A stretch of DNA of 64,000 bases from Thermodesulfobacteriota bacterium (GTDB taxonomy: Bacteria > Desulfobacterota > Binatia > UBA9968), in NCBI GenBank assembly GCA_036794995.1, contig DAIRFP010000001.1, positions 25,549 to 89,548 of the forward strand, read 5' to 3'. Positions 27,988 to 36,768 of the stretch are shown piece by piece. Position 1 is the first letter of the stretch. Every line of letters starts with the position of its first letter. The notes below the pieces were generated by a model, which did not search any database, had not been told where the DNA came from, and worked only from the letters and a program-made list of their open reading frames with translations. A program made the translations under genes and the position numbers.

Positions 27988-28432
27988 GAAGTACCCTTAT
28001 GGTAAGCTGCTCTGGTGCGTCGTGCAAGGCCGTCTGCCGCGATGCGGTTGTACGGATCCGCGCCGTGGACGGATCAAGCCTTGAATAAGGGCGGGGTCGG
28101 TGACTGGTTGTTTTCGTCAGGGCAGCGGTTCTGAACTGCGCATTTAGCGAAGAGCAGGGATAGAGATGGCGGACGGAACTCCACCGTCTTATGGAAAAAG
28201 CGATCGGAAAAATCGAGGTAGTGACTGGCGGGTTACCTTAGCGCTAAAGGTGGTCAGCCGAAAATTCAGATTACAACCAGCTTAGATTCAATCCGATGGG
28301 CCGTTTGCCTACGGGGCGGTTGGCAGATCGAGTACGAGGATGAAGATCCGGAAATCGGCCGCCTTTTCGAAGCAGAATGCGCCAAGTCCGGGGCGGAAGT
28401 TAAGATGCCGCCGATCACACTTTGCGCGCCAA

Positions 28433-28461
28433 TTGACATAAGGCATGGTTTTTTCTAATAA
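28433..28461 (+). promoter_or_regulatory. Candidate sigma70-type promoter for the downstream VOC gene
   Basis: TTGACA (28433-28438), 17-nt spacer, TAATAA (28456-28461). AAGGAGA SD before the ATG at 28504. Confidence 0.45.
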
Positions 28462-28503
28462 TAATCTAATTTTGGTAAGCGTTGCTTTCTCAAGGAGACA
28501 GAC

Positions 28504-29334
28504 ATGCTGAAACTGGTCGGGTTGACTGAAGGCCATTATGAATGCCGCTCGTTAGACGAAACGCTGCCCATCTTTTCCGAGCTCTTAGCACTGGAAGTCG
28601 TGGAGCGGAAGGAAAAGGAAGCCGTGGTGAAGCATCCCAACACGGAATGGCGCTTGGTTGTCCACGAGGGCGGACCCAATGCCGCCAACAAACCGCACAG
28701 CAATCACTACGGATTTCGCGTTGCGTCTTCCAAAGAAATCCCGCGAGCGTACGAATATCTCTCCGACCACAAAGCTCAATATGGGATCAAGAGCGTGACG
28801 AAACCTCACGAGGCGCATTTTGCCTATTCGGTTTATTTCAAGGAACCCGGCGGGAACGATCTCGAGATCGAGTATTACAATCCACAGGCCGTGAAGCATG
28901 GCCGCACGATCGCTGCGCCGCACTGGAAAGAGCCGATCAGTGAAGACCGTTTTCCGGGGAGGGGCTATATTCCTCAAGCCATGACTCACGGAACTTTGAA
29001 CTGCGACGACAAAGCGACGAACGATCGGTTCCTGGAAGAGGTCCTTGGGTTCAAGATCGTCGGGGGCGGAAGGATGTCGACCTATATTCGCCACCCCGAC
29101 ACACCCTGGTATATCGTGGTGCTGCCGACGACCCATCGCGACTACTTATCGCCGGCTAGTCGCTTTACGCTAAAAGTGGCATCTGTGGAAGAAGTCGAAG
29201 ATGCTCACAAAGAGTTCTCGACCAAAGGGAAACAGATCGGTATCAACGAGCTTTGGGACCTGGAGGAGAAAGACGGCCGGGCGTTCTTTATCTTCAGCGA
29301 CATTAGCCGGAACTGGTGGGAAGTCACCTCCTAA
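28504..29334 (+). CDS. VOC family protein, two-module (extradiol dioxygenase/glyoxalase-like)
   Basis: 276 aa with two VOC-like halves (HYGFRV...; MTHGTLNC...). Family-level call only. Confidence 0.6.
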   Translation: MLKLVGLTEGHYECRSLDETLPIFSELLALEVVERKEKEAVVKHPNTEWRLVVHEGGPNAANKPHSNHYGFRVASSKEIPRAYEYLSDHKAQYGIKSVTKPHEAHFAYSVYFKEPGGNDLEIEYYNPQAVKHGRTIAAPHWKEPISEDRFPGRGYIPQAMTHGTLNCDDKATNDRFLEEVLGFKIVGGGRMSTYIRHPDTPWYIVVLPTTHRDYLSPASRFTLKVASVEEVEDAHKEFSTKGKQIGINELWDLEEKDGRAFFIFSDISRNWWEVTS

Positions 29335-29446
29335 CCCCACGATTCACCCTCCTTTGGTCCACACGTTTGACGCCGCTGACCCGATTCTCTCAGCGGCGTT
29401 GCCATTTTCTCCGCTTCAATTCGCGGCACTGCAATCGCCGGAATTA

Positions 29447-30433
29447 TTACCGAAACTGTGGCATGACCTTGGTGGCGAAGGCTGCGACGGTCTCGTGATA
29501 GACCTTTCGGGCGGGTGTGAGCATGAGATGCTCGACGCCGTGGTCTTTCAGTTCTTCGATCCGCTCAATGCATTCTTTCGGTGTGCCTGCGATGGAGAAG
29601 CGATGAACGAGGTAGGCACTAACCAGTTCGGGAGCGACTCTTTCTTCCATGGGTTGCATGACGTCGAAGCCGGCCATGAATTTTTCGATGCCATCGAGTT
29701 CCTCGAGGGGGACGGTCTCCAGGGTGAAGCGAAAATTGTGATGGGCCCGATTGGCAATACGATTGCGAACGATACGGCGCGCCTCGTCGCCGTTGTCGCG
29801 GACGCAGAGCATTCCGGCGGCGAGGATAGCGACGTCACTTTCGCTTCGACCGGCCTCAGCAGTTCCTTCACGGATTTTCTGGCGTGCCCAGTCTAACACG
29901 CGAAGATCGAAACCAGTGCCGAGAATAACACCGTCAGCGGATCGGCCGGCGAGGCGAAGACCTTTGGGACCTTCCGCGGAAACGTAGATTGGTACCGGCC
30001 GAAGGTTGAAGCCAATCCCGACCTTGCCTGTGGGAAAAGTGATGCGCTTGCCCTGAACCAAATCGCGGATCAGCTTGACTCCGGTTTCGAATTCTGCAAG
30101 CGGCGTCGCCTTGCACCCCTGCGAGTACACGGGGCCATCCCCGGTACCCAATCCCAAGATCGCGCGGCCCTTGGAAATCTCGTTGAGCGATGCGGCGGCC
30201 CCCGCCAGTACGGTGGGGTGACGGAAGACCATATTGGTTACGGCAATGCCCAGCCACACGCGTTTTGTCAGCATGGCGCAGGTGGCGAGGGTCTGAAATG
30301 AATCGATGGAGCTCAGGTGACTTTCGCCGATAAAGATGCCGTCGTAGCCCAGCTCTTCGACGCGCTGGGCGCGTTGATGTATGTCGTCGATGTTTTTGAC
30401 ACCGCCGTGAACGCTGTGAAGACTAAAGCGCAT
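29447..30433 (-). CDS. LLM-class (luciferase-like) flavin/F420-dependent oxidoreductase
   Basis: About 328 aa from the ATG at 30433 (MRFSLHSV...). TIM-barrel LLM pattern (GYDGIFIGESH, LGLGTG). The longer ORF-track version would overlap the upstream gene. Confidence 0.7.
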   Translation of the reverse strand: MRFSLHSVHGGVKNIDDIHQRAQRVEELGYDGIFIGESHLSSIDSFQTLATCAMLTKRVWLGIAVTNMVFRHPTVLAGAAASLNEISKGRAILGLGTGDGPVYSQGCKATPLAEFETGVKLIRDLVQGKRITFPTGKVGIGFNLRPVPIYVSAEGPKGLRLAGRSADGVILGTGFDLRVLDWARQKIREGTAEAGRSESDVAILAAGMLCVRDNGDEARRIVRNRIANRAHHNFRFTLETVPLEELDGIEKFMAGFDVMQPMEERVAPELVSAYLVHRFSIAGTPKECIERIEELKDHGVEHLMLTPARKVYHETVAAFATKVMPQFR

Positions 30434-30468
30434 CGTTCGCTTCCCTAGGCGATCAGGATTATCTCTCT

Positions 30469-31287
30469 TTAGGGTCGACTGAAGGCAACCACGCCGCAGC
30501 CTGTGGCCCAAGGCACGACCGGTTCGTAGGCGAGCACGGTGGCTTTCCAGTCAGGCAAAGCGCCTGCCAACGTAATCCAGGTTCTGATTTCGTGTCCCCC
30601 GGAGCCGGCTTCGCGGCTTATTTCTTCATGGGTGTATTGGGCGAGCTGGCTGCGATCTCCAGTCGTTAGAATGTCCAAGAATCGTTTGTCGAAGGGAATG
30701 TTGATTTTTCCATGCTTGGCTTCTCCAGGCCAATGCGAGAGACCGCCGGTGGCCACGATGGCGACGCGTTTGGATTCTTTCTCCAATGCCGCTCTGAGGA
30801 CGCGACCCAGCGCGTAACAACGCTTCGGTGATGGCATAGGCGGGGTGAGGGTATTGAGAATGAGCGGAACCACAGGAATTTCCATTCGCGGCGTTAAAAA
30901 GTGAATGGGTAACATGGTCGCGTGATCGAAGAGCAGCTCATCCGAGTAGGATAAATCGAAGCCGCTTTCGAGACAGTGATCCAGCAGTTGTGCGGATAAT
31001 TGAGCGTCCCCGGGAATCCGGCGCTTGGCTATCCGCAGCCATTCTTCGACGGGTCCGTAGTAATGATCCGCTCGCCCAATACAAAAAGTCGGCATATGGT
31101 TTAAAAAAAAATTGGCCCAGTGTTCGACACTGATGGCGAGGAGGACATCGGGCCGTGTCGCGTCAAGCATGCCCTGGAGACGGTGATAGCTACCGATAAT
31201 TTTGTCCGCTTGTTCCTTGGGTGCCGCCTCGGTCCATGCCGTTATTCCCGGCGCGTGACTCGCCGCGCAAGCAAAAACGATAGACAT
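30469..31287 (-). CDS. Class III extradiol ring-cleavage dioxygenase, LigB (catalytic) subunit family
   Basis: 272 aa with N-terminus MSIVFACAASHAPGI and a later GGLSHWPG, typical of LigB-type dioxygenases. Directly preceded by a LigA-like small ORF. Confidence 0.75.
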   Translation of the reverse strand: MSIVFACAASHAPGITAWTEAAPKEQADKIIGSYHRLQGMLDATRPDVLLAISVEHWANFFLNHMPTFCIGRADHYYGPVEEWLRIAKRRIPGDAQLSAQLLDHCLESGFDLSYSDELLFDHATMLPIHFLTPRMEIPVVPLILNTLTPPMPSPKRCYALGRVLRAALEKESKRVAIVATGGLSHWPGEAKHGKINIPFDKRFLDILTTGDRSQLAQYTHEEISREAGSGGHEIRTWITLAGALPDWKATVLAYEPVVPWATGCGVVAFSRP

Positions 31288-31289
31288 GC

Positions 31290-31544
31290 TTAATCCAATC
31301 CCGCCAAGGCCTTGGCGTAATCTTCGATCGACACTCTGTGAATCAAAGTGAACGGGCGCAGCAGCAAAGAGTGCACGCCGAGCATATAAAGGGTGCGTAT
31401 ATCTAGATCAAGCGCCGCGCTTGCTTCCCGCTCGGTGAGCTCATAACCGCTTATGAACGCCGCAGGATCATGGCGATAGCGCTCGCGCTGGGTTTCATCG
31501 CGGTTGACGTGATAAATCAGTTTTTGCAGTTCATACAGGCTCAT
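31290..31544 (-). CDS. LigA-like small subunit of LigAB-type dioxygenase
   Basis: 84 aa from the ATG at 31544 (MSLYELQKLIYHVNRDETQRERYRHDPAAFISGYELTEREASAALDLDIRTLY). The start lies 2 nt after the upstream stop, and the stop lies 2 nt before the ligB-like start. Confidence 0.65.
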   Translation of the reverse strand: MSLYELQKLIYHVNRDETQRERYRHDPAAFISGYELTEREASAALDLDIRTLYMLGVHSLLLRPFTLIHRVSIEDYAKALAGLD

Positions 31545-31546
31545 GT

Positions 31547-32641
31547 CTAGCTCTCCAGCCGTAGATGTAGCCAAGGGATGACGGTTTCAAAAACGAACGG
31601 AATATTCCCCATGTGGCCGCCGGGAAAAAGTCGAATCGTCTTGGGATCGCCATGCTCCAGGAGCAGATAAAGATCCTCCAGCGGGACCTGCCTGTCTTCC
31701 TTCCCGTTGACGATAAGCAGCGGTGCGCAGGATCTGTCCAGCAAGTTTTGAGTTTTCAACGAAAGTGCCGGCATCACCTGATTCAGTTCTTCTAGGGTTT
31801 TCTTGCCGAATAGATTGGCCCGCGCCTCGATGAGATCGAACAGGTAGGAATCGGCGTTGCGCGATTTCTCTTGCCACTGGGGCTGGAAAAAAAAGTGAAT
31901 GCCACCGCCCCAGTTGACTACGGCGCGCAGGCGTTGGGCTTCGAGGTGGGCGAGCTTGGTTGCCCAATAGCCGCCGAAACTCGCACCTACTACGGCGACC
32001 CGATTCGGATCAACTTCGGGTCGTTTGACCAGATAGTCGAGCGCGGCGACGTGAACCTGATGGGCATCCGGTGACGCGAGCATGGGGCACTCACCAGTGC
32101 CGGGACTGTCGAGCACCAGACAACCCCAGCCCTCTCTGACAAACCTTTCGGCGAAAGTGTGGCGCTCTTCCTTCCAATTGTCGATGCCGCCCCAGTGCAT
32201 GATGAGCGGAGCAGGGACCTGCTTCGGCAAACGGAGATGGCCGACGATTTGTTTACCCCCGAATGGTATGACCACACGCTCCAGCGGAATCTCAAAATAC
32301 TTGGATGCGGCAAGATGCATCTCCCGAGCTTTGCGATACGCATGTATCTTGCCGGGCGTACTCGGAAAGGGGTGACGAGCGATTCCGTAATAACCATAGG
32401 ACTTCAGATAAGCCTCTTTGGCTTCGTGGGTTTCACTTGAAACCTCTGCTGTTCGCGCTCTTTCCTCCCAACGTGCTCCCAGCTCATTCCAGGCGGCGGC
32501 CCAAGCTTCGCCCTCCACGCTGTTCAATTTTGCGATTGCTTCTTCCGCTTCCTGTTTGTCGGCGTGATTGAAAGGTGCTCGGTGGCCCACCCGGCTGCGG
32601 ATGTCGTTCTTGATATCGTCAAGGGTTCGTGGTCTATCCAT
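31547..32641 (-). CDS. Alpha/beta hydrolase (FrsA/DUF1100-like)
   Basis: About 364 aa from the ATG at 32641 (MDRPRTLDD...). Nucleophile elbow GASFGG and a C-terminal His region. First gene of the hydrolase-ligA-ligB-LLM string. Confidence 0.65.
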   Translation of the reverse strand: MDRPRTLDDIKNDIRSRVGHRAPFNHADKQEAEEAIAKLNSVEGEAWAAAWNELGARWEERARTAEVSSETHEAKEAYLKSYGYYGIARHPFPSTPGKIHAYRKAREMHLAASKYFEIPLERVVIPFGGKQIVGHLRLPKQVPAPLIMHWGGIDNWKEERHTFAERFVREGWGCLVLDSPGTGECPMLASPDAHQVHVAALDYLVKRPEVDPNRVAVVGASFGGYWATKLAHLEAQRLRAVVNWGGGIHFFFQPQWQEKSRNADSYLFDLIEARANLFGKKTLEELNQVMPALSLKTQNLLDRSCAPLLIVNGKEDRQVPLEDLYLLLEHGDPKTIRLFPGGHMGNIPFVFETVIPWLHLRLES

Positions 32642-32796
32642 GATGCTTCCTAATATGATCAAAACTTGAATTTGTCCTATCAAAACTGACCATAGAAAGA
32701 TATATCTAAGAAAATTGCTGCAATTGTTCGACCAGGTCAGCGACAGGCTTGAACCCGCGTTTGCGCCCGTCCGATTTTCAAGTCTCGTTTGTGTGG

Positions 32797-32840
32797 TTGG
32801 GCGCTTATCGTTGGTTCTCTCGATAAGAGATTGCGCCCAA
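32797..32840. repeat. Imperfect inverted repeat (hairpin) in the divergent hydrolase/folD intergenic region
   Basis: TTGGGCGCTTATCG ... CGATAAGAGATTGCGCCCAA. The outer 8 bp and inner 6-7 bp are complementary, with an internal bulge. Confidence 0.5.
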
Positions 32841-32953
32841 GACCGTTCGGGGGTTGACCTTTAGGTGGCTCCATGTCATGCCAATCATATATCCCTTCTT
32901 TACAAAGTTTTCTTTTTCGGTATAGATTTTTCAATCTCGTCACGGAGCCAATC

Positions 32954-33814
32954 ATGGCATCGATCATAGACGGCAAAGCCGTCGGCAAAGAAGTACAAAA
33001 GCAAATCAAAGAAGGGGTCGAAGGGCTTGAGCGACGTTGGGGAATGGTGCCGGGACTGGGCGTCGTGGTGGTTGGAGATGATCCGGCGTCCCACATCTAC
33101 GTCAAGAACAAGGAAAAGGCATGCAAAGAGGTGGGGATAAAATCCTACGAGTACTTGCTCCCTGCGACGGTATCCGAGAGAGAGTTGTTGGCGTTGGTTC
33201 ACCAGCTCAATAAAGACAAAAATGTCCATGGAATTTTAGTCCAACTTCCCTTACCTGCGCACATCCGGCCCGAGAAGATTCTCGAAACGGTCTCTCCTTA
33301 CAAAGATGTGGATGGGTTTCATCCTATGAGCCAGGGCATGCTGCTCCTTGGCGGTGATGGTTTCAGACCCTGCACTCCGATGGGGATCATGAAGCTCTTG
33401 GAATCCGTCGGTTGCGATCCCAAAGGAAAGAACGCTGTGGTCGTGGGTCGCAGTAATATAGTGGGCAAGCCAGTGGGATTAATGCTGCTCGAACGACACG
33501 CGACGGTGACTCTCTGTCACTCCCGGACCGCCAGCCTGCGCGACGAAGTGGCTCGTGCCGATATTCTTGTCGTCGCCATCGGCAAGGCAGGGTTCGTTAG
33601 GGGCGACTGGATTAAGCCTGGCGCGGTGGTGGTGGATGTCGGTGTGAATCGGCTGCCGAGTGGGAAGTTGACCGGCGATGTGGAGTTTGAAACTGCCAAG
33701 GAGCGGGCGGCATGGATTACGCCGGTTCCGGGTGGGGTCGGCCCCATGACAATCTGTATGCTTCTTCACAACACGCTCAAGGCGGCCAAAGATTCCCTGC
33801 AACGCGAGAAATAA
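32954..33814 (+). CDS. folD: Bifunctional methylenetetrahydrofolate dehydrogenase/methenyl-THF cyclohydrolase
   Basis: 286 aa from the ATG at 32954 ([11 protein letters not shown]...). Motifs [29 protein letters not shown] and PGGVGPMT. Confidence 0.95.
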   Translation: MASIIDGKAVGKEVQKQIKEGVEGLERRWGMVPGLGVVVVGDDPASHIYVKNKEKACKEVGIKSYEYLLPATVSERELLALVHQLNKDKNVHGILVQLPLPAHIRPEKILETVSPYKDVDGFHPMSQGMLLLGGDGFRPCTPMGIMKLLESVGCDPKGKNAVVVGRSNIVGKPVGLMLLERHATVTLCHSRTASLRDEVARADILVVAIGKAGFVRGDWIKPGAVVVDVGVNRLPSGKLTGDVEFETAKERAAWITPVPGGVGPMTICMLLHNTLKAAKDSLQREK

Positions 33815-33853
33815 TCGACCGGTGCCTGGTTTGAGAACGCCGTGGCGCACGGA

Positions 33854-34933
33854 ATGAAGAGAACTCCACTTTATGCCATGCATCGGCGCGCGGGCGCGAG
33901 GATGGTGGAGTTTGCTGGCTGGGAGATGCCGGTTCAATACCGTGGTGTCATCGACGAACACGTGGCGGTTCGTCAGCGCGCAGGGCTCTTCGACGTCAGC
34001 CATATGGGGGAAATCGAGATCCGCGGTCCGGCGGCGCTGGACCTCTGTCAAAGAGTTACGGCCAACGATGTCTCGCGGCTCAAACTGCAACAGGCCCAGT
34101 ACAATCTGTTGATGAACGAGAACGGCGGCATCGTCGATGACGTTATTTTCTACCGTCTTGAGTCAAATTATTTCTTGGTCTGCGTGAATGCCTCCAATTC
34201 CGACAAAGCTTTCACGTGGATTCAGAAACAAGCCCAAGGCGATGTCGAGTTGAACAACGTGAGCTCTCGCTATGCCCAATTGGCCCTTCAAGGTCCGTTG
34301 GCGGAAAAGATCTTGCAACCGCTGACGCCCGTGGACCTGGGCGAGATTCATGCATTTTTCTTCGCATCCGGCGAGGTGAGTTCGATTCGTTGCTTGATTG
34401 CGCGCACGGGCTATACGGGGGAAGACGGTTTCGAGCTCTACTGTGACCCGTCGGAAGCGGAGCGTTTGTGGACGGTGTTGCTTGAAAGCGGAGAGCCCGC
34501 GGGACTTGAGCCGGCGGGTCTCGGTGCCCGTGACACGCTCCGATTGGAAAAGGGCTATCCATTGTACGGCCACGAGCTGGATGATACGACGACGCCGCTG
34601 GAAGCCGGGTTGGAGTGGGTCGCGAAACTGGCTAAAGGGCCATTCATCGGGCGGGAAGCCCTGTTGAAACAGAAAGAGCAGGGGGTCCTGCGAAGGCTCG
34701 TCGGGTTGGAGCTTTTGGATCCGGGAATCGCGCGAAGCGGTTATGCCCTATTCAAGAACGGAAAATCCGTCGGTCGGGTGACGAGCGGCACGAAGTCTCC
34801 CACCCTCGGGAAATCGATTGCGCTCGCCTACGTGGCCAGCGAAGAGACTGGACTGAATAACTCGATCCAAGTAGAAATTCGTGGCCGAAAGATCGCAGCG
34901 CAGATAGTTCCTTTGCCGTTTTACCCGCGGTAA
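33854..34933 (+). CDS. gcvT: Glycine cleavage system aminomethyltransferase (T protein)
   Basis: MKRTPLYAMHRRAGARMVEFAGWEMPVQY is a classic GcvT N-terminus. An alternative GTG start exists at 33842. Confidence 0.95.
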   Translation: MKRTPLYAMHRRAGARMVEFAGWEMPVQYRGVIDEHVAVRQRAGLFDVSHMGEIEIRGPAALDLCQRVTANDVSRLKLQQAQYNLLMNENGGIVDDVIFYRLESNYFLVCVNASNSDKAFTWIQKQAQGDVELNNVSSRYAQLALQGPLAEKILQPLTPVDLGEIHAFFFASGEVSSIRCLIARTGYTGEDGFELYCDPSEAERLWTVLLESGEPAGLEPAGLGARDTLRLEKGYPLYGHELDDTTTPLEAGLEWVAKLAKGPFIGREALLKQKEQGVLRRLVGLELLDPGIARSGYALFKNGKSVGRVTSGTKSPTLGKSIALAYVASEETGLNNSIQVEIRGRKIAAQIVPLPFYPR

Positions 34934-34971
34934 CGAGAGAAGTAATAAGCCATAAAGTAAGGAGGTTAGCG

Positions 34972-35412
34972 ATGGAGTTTCCCGAAGGCCTGAAATATTC
35001 CAAAGAACATGAATGGGTGCTCGTCGAAGGCAATACCGCTACGATTGGGATTACTGAGTTCGCCCAGGAAGAGCTGGGCGACGTTGTGTACGTGGAACTG
35101 CCCGAAGTTGGAGAAAAGGTCGTGAAAGACGATCCTTTCGGCGCGGTGGAGTCTGTGAAGGCGGTCTCTGACGTCTACGCGCCGGTGGGTGGAACGGTTC
35201 TCGAAGTTAATGATGTGTTGCCGGATAATCCGGAGACTATCAACGATGATCCTTACGGTGATGGGTGGATGATCCGGGTTGAAATGACGGATGAGGACGA
35301 TCTTAAGGATTTGATGACCGCGGAGGAGTACGCTGAATATGTAGATCAACAAAAGGAAGACGAGGACGAAGAAGAGGAGGACGACGAAGCGGAAGAAGAA
35401 GAGGAGGAATAG
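34972..35412 (+). CDS. gcvH: Glycine cleavage system H protein with a poly-acidic C-terminal tail
   Basis: Lipoyl-lysine motif VESVKAVSDV. The core of about 125 aa is followed by QQKEDEDEEEEDDEAEEEEEE. Confidence 0.95.
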   Translation: MEFPEGLKYSKEHEWVLVEGNTATIGITEFAQEELGDVVYVELPEVGEKVVKDDPFGAVESVKAVSDVYAPVGGTVLEVNDVLPDNPETINDDPYGDGWMIRVEMTDEDDLKDLMTAEEYAEYVDQQKEDEDEEEEDDEAEEEEEE

Positions 35413-35421
35413 CTTCCAGGA

Positions 35422-36768
35422 ATGCGCTACACTCCCCACACTCCCCTCGACAAGGAGCAGATGCTCCGAGTCATTGGAATCGATTCCCTTGACGAACTAT
35501 ACCGTCACGTTCCGGAAACCCTCCGCAACCGCGCCAAGATCGGTCTTCCCGAAGGTTTGACCGAGTTGGCGGTTCGCCGGCGTCTGGCCGCGCTGGCCGC
35601 CAAAAACGCAACCCCTTCCGAGTGGAGTTTTTTTCTGGGTGGCGGGATCTATCACCATTTCATACCGAGCGCAGTAGATGCGGTTATCTCCCGTTCGGAG
35701 TTTGCCACTTCCTACACGCCTTACCAACCGGAAGTCAGCCAGGGCACGTTGCAAGCCTTGTTCGAGTACCAGACGTTGGTCTGTCAGCTCACTGGCATGG
35801 AAGTATCCAACGCAGGGGTCTATGACGGGGCTTCTGCGGCCGCAGAAGCGGTTCTTATGTCTCGGCGCATCCAGCCGCTGAATCGACGGCGAGTTTTGCT
35901 GTCCAGAGCCCTGCATCCGCACTATCGTGAGGTTATTTCGACCTATTTGAAGAATCTCAACGATATGCGACTGGAAGAAGTTGGCTTCGATAACAGTGGT
36001 GGAACCGATTTGGAACAGCTGACGGCAAAGCTTGACCATCAATCCATGTGTGTCGTCGTAGGCTATCCGAATTTTTTCGGTATCATCGAAGATCTCACCC
36101 CGATACAGGCTGCTTGCGCCAGCTCCGGTGCACAACTGATTACCGTGACAGCAGAACCGTTGGCGTTGGGCGTCCTCAAGCCCCCCGGGGAATGGGGTGC
36201 GGACATTGCTGTGGGCGAAGGACAGAGTTTGGGAGTTCCCATGACGCTGGGCGGCCCGGGATATGGTTTCTTCGCCTCTCAGAGGAGGTTCGTACGCAGC
36301 TTGCCGGGTCGTTTGGTCGGAGAAACCGTCGACGCCGAAGGTCAACGCGGTTTCGTGTTGACCCTCGCGACACGCGAACAGCATATTCGCCGCGAGAAGG
36401 CGACCTCCAATATTTGCACCAGTCAAACGCTGTGTACGCTGGCATCGACGGTTTTTATGTCTCTCCTAGGCAAGACCGGAATGCGCCGACTCGCAGAAGT
36501 GAACGTTTCGCGCGCTCACGAGGCCTGCGATCGGCTCGTCGACGAGGCCAAACTCGAGTTTTGCTTTTCACGCCCGTTTTTTAACGAGTTCGTTTTACGT
36601 GCCAAGAATTTGCCCGATCTTATGAAGCGCTGTGCCGCGGAGCGGATCGTGCCGGGGGTGCCCTTGGGTCAGTGGTATCCTGAGCTCCATGATTGTTTGT
36701 TAGTTTGCGTCACGGAAATGAACCAGAGAGAGGAGATCGATCGCCTTGTCGGAAGTATCGGTGGGTAG
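35422..36768 (+). CDS. gcvPA: Glycine dehydrogenase (decarboxylating) subunit 1
   Basis: 448 aa with the typical split P-protein N-terminal subunit (MRYTPHT...; SYTPYQPEVSQGTLQ). Confidence 0.95.
   Translation: MRYTPHTPLDKEQMLRVIGIDSLDELYRHVPETLRNRAKIGLPEGLTELAVRRRLAALAAKNATPSEWSFFLGGGIYHHFIPSAVDAVISRSEFATSYTPYQPEVSQGTLQALFEYQTLVCQLTGMEVSNAGVYDGASAAAEAVLMSRRIQPLNRRRVLLSRALHPHYREVISTYLKNLNDMRLEEVGFDNSGGTDLEQLTAKLDHQSMCVVVGYPNFFGIIEDLTPIQAACASSGAQLITVTAEPLALGVLKPPGEWGADIAVGEGQSLGVPMTLGGPGYGFFASQRRFVRSLPGRLVGETVDAEGQRGFVLTLATREQHIRREKATSNICTSQTLCTLASTVFMSLLGKTGMRRLAEVNVSRAHEACDRLVDEAKLEFCFSRPFFNEFVLRAKNLPDLMKRCAAERIVPGVPLGQWYPELHDCLLVCVTEMNQREEIDRLVGSIGG

Noticed and set aside
27988-28432. 445-nt ORF-poor spacer containing strings faintly reminiscent of RNase P/SRP RNA (AAGTCCGGGGCGGAAG; CCGGAAATCGG)
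   Set aside because: The flanking conserved blocks of RNase P RNA (GAGGAAAGUCCGGGC...ACAGAAAAUACCGCC), SRP RNA and tmRNA are absent. The resemblance rests on short GC-rich words only.
33815-33853. Looked for a glycine riboswitch in front of gcvT, and for a ZTP/THF-type element in front of folD (32642..32953)
   Set aside because: Only about 30-40 nt separate folD and gcvT, which is too short for an aptamer. No GGAGAG...CACCG...GGGCAA-type glycine motifs or ZTP (GGGUCGUG...CCGCCUGGGC) strings are visible upstream of folD. Only an imperfect hairpin is present, and it is reported as a repeat.
33479-34090. 203-aa minus-strand ORF spanning the folD/gcvT junction
   Set aside because: It overlaps two well-supported plus-strand genes, and no motif supports it. 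I treat it as a shadow ORF.
35497-36426. 309-aa ORF on the minus strand, antisense to gcvPA
   Set aside because: It lies entirely inside a confidently identified gene on the other strand. Its composition is Arg/Gly/Ala-rich and low-complexity, typical of shadow ORFs in GC-rich coding DNA. It has no recognisable motifs or SD.
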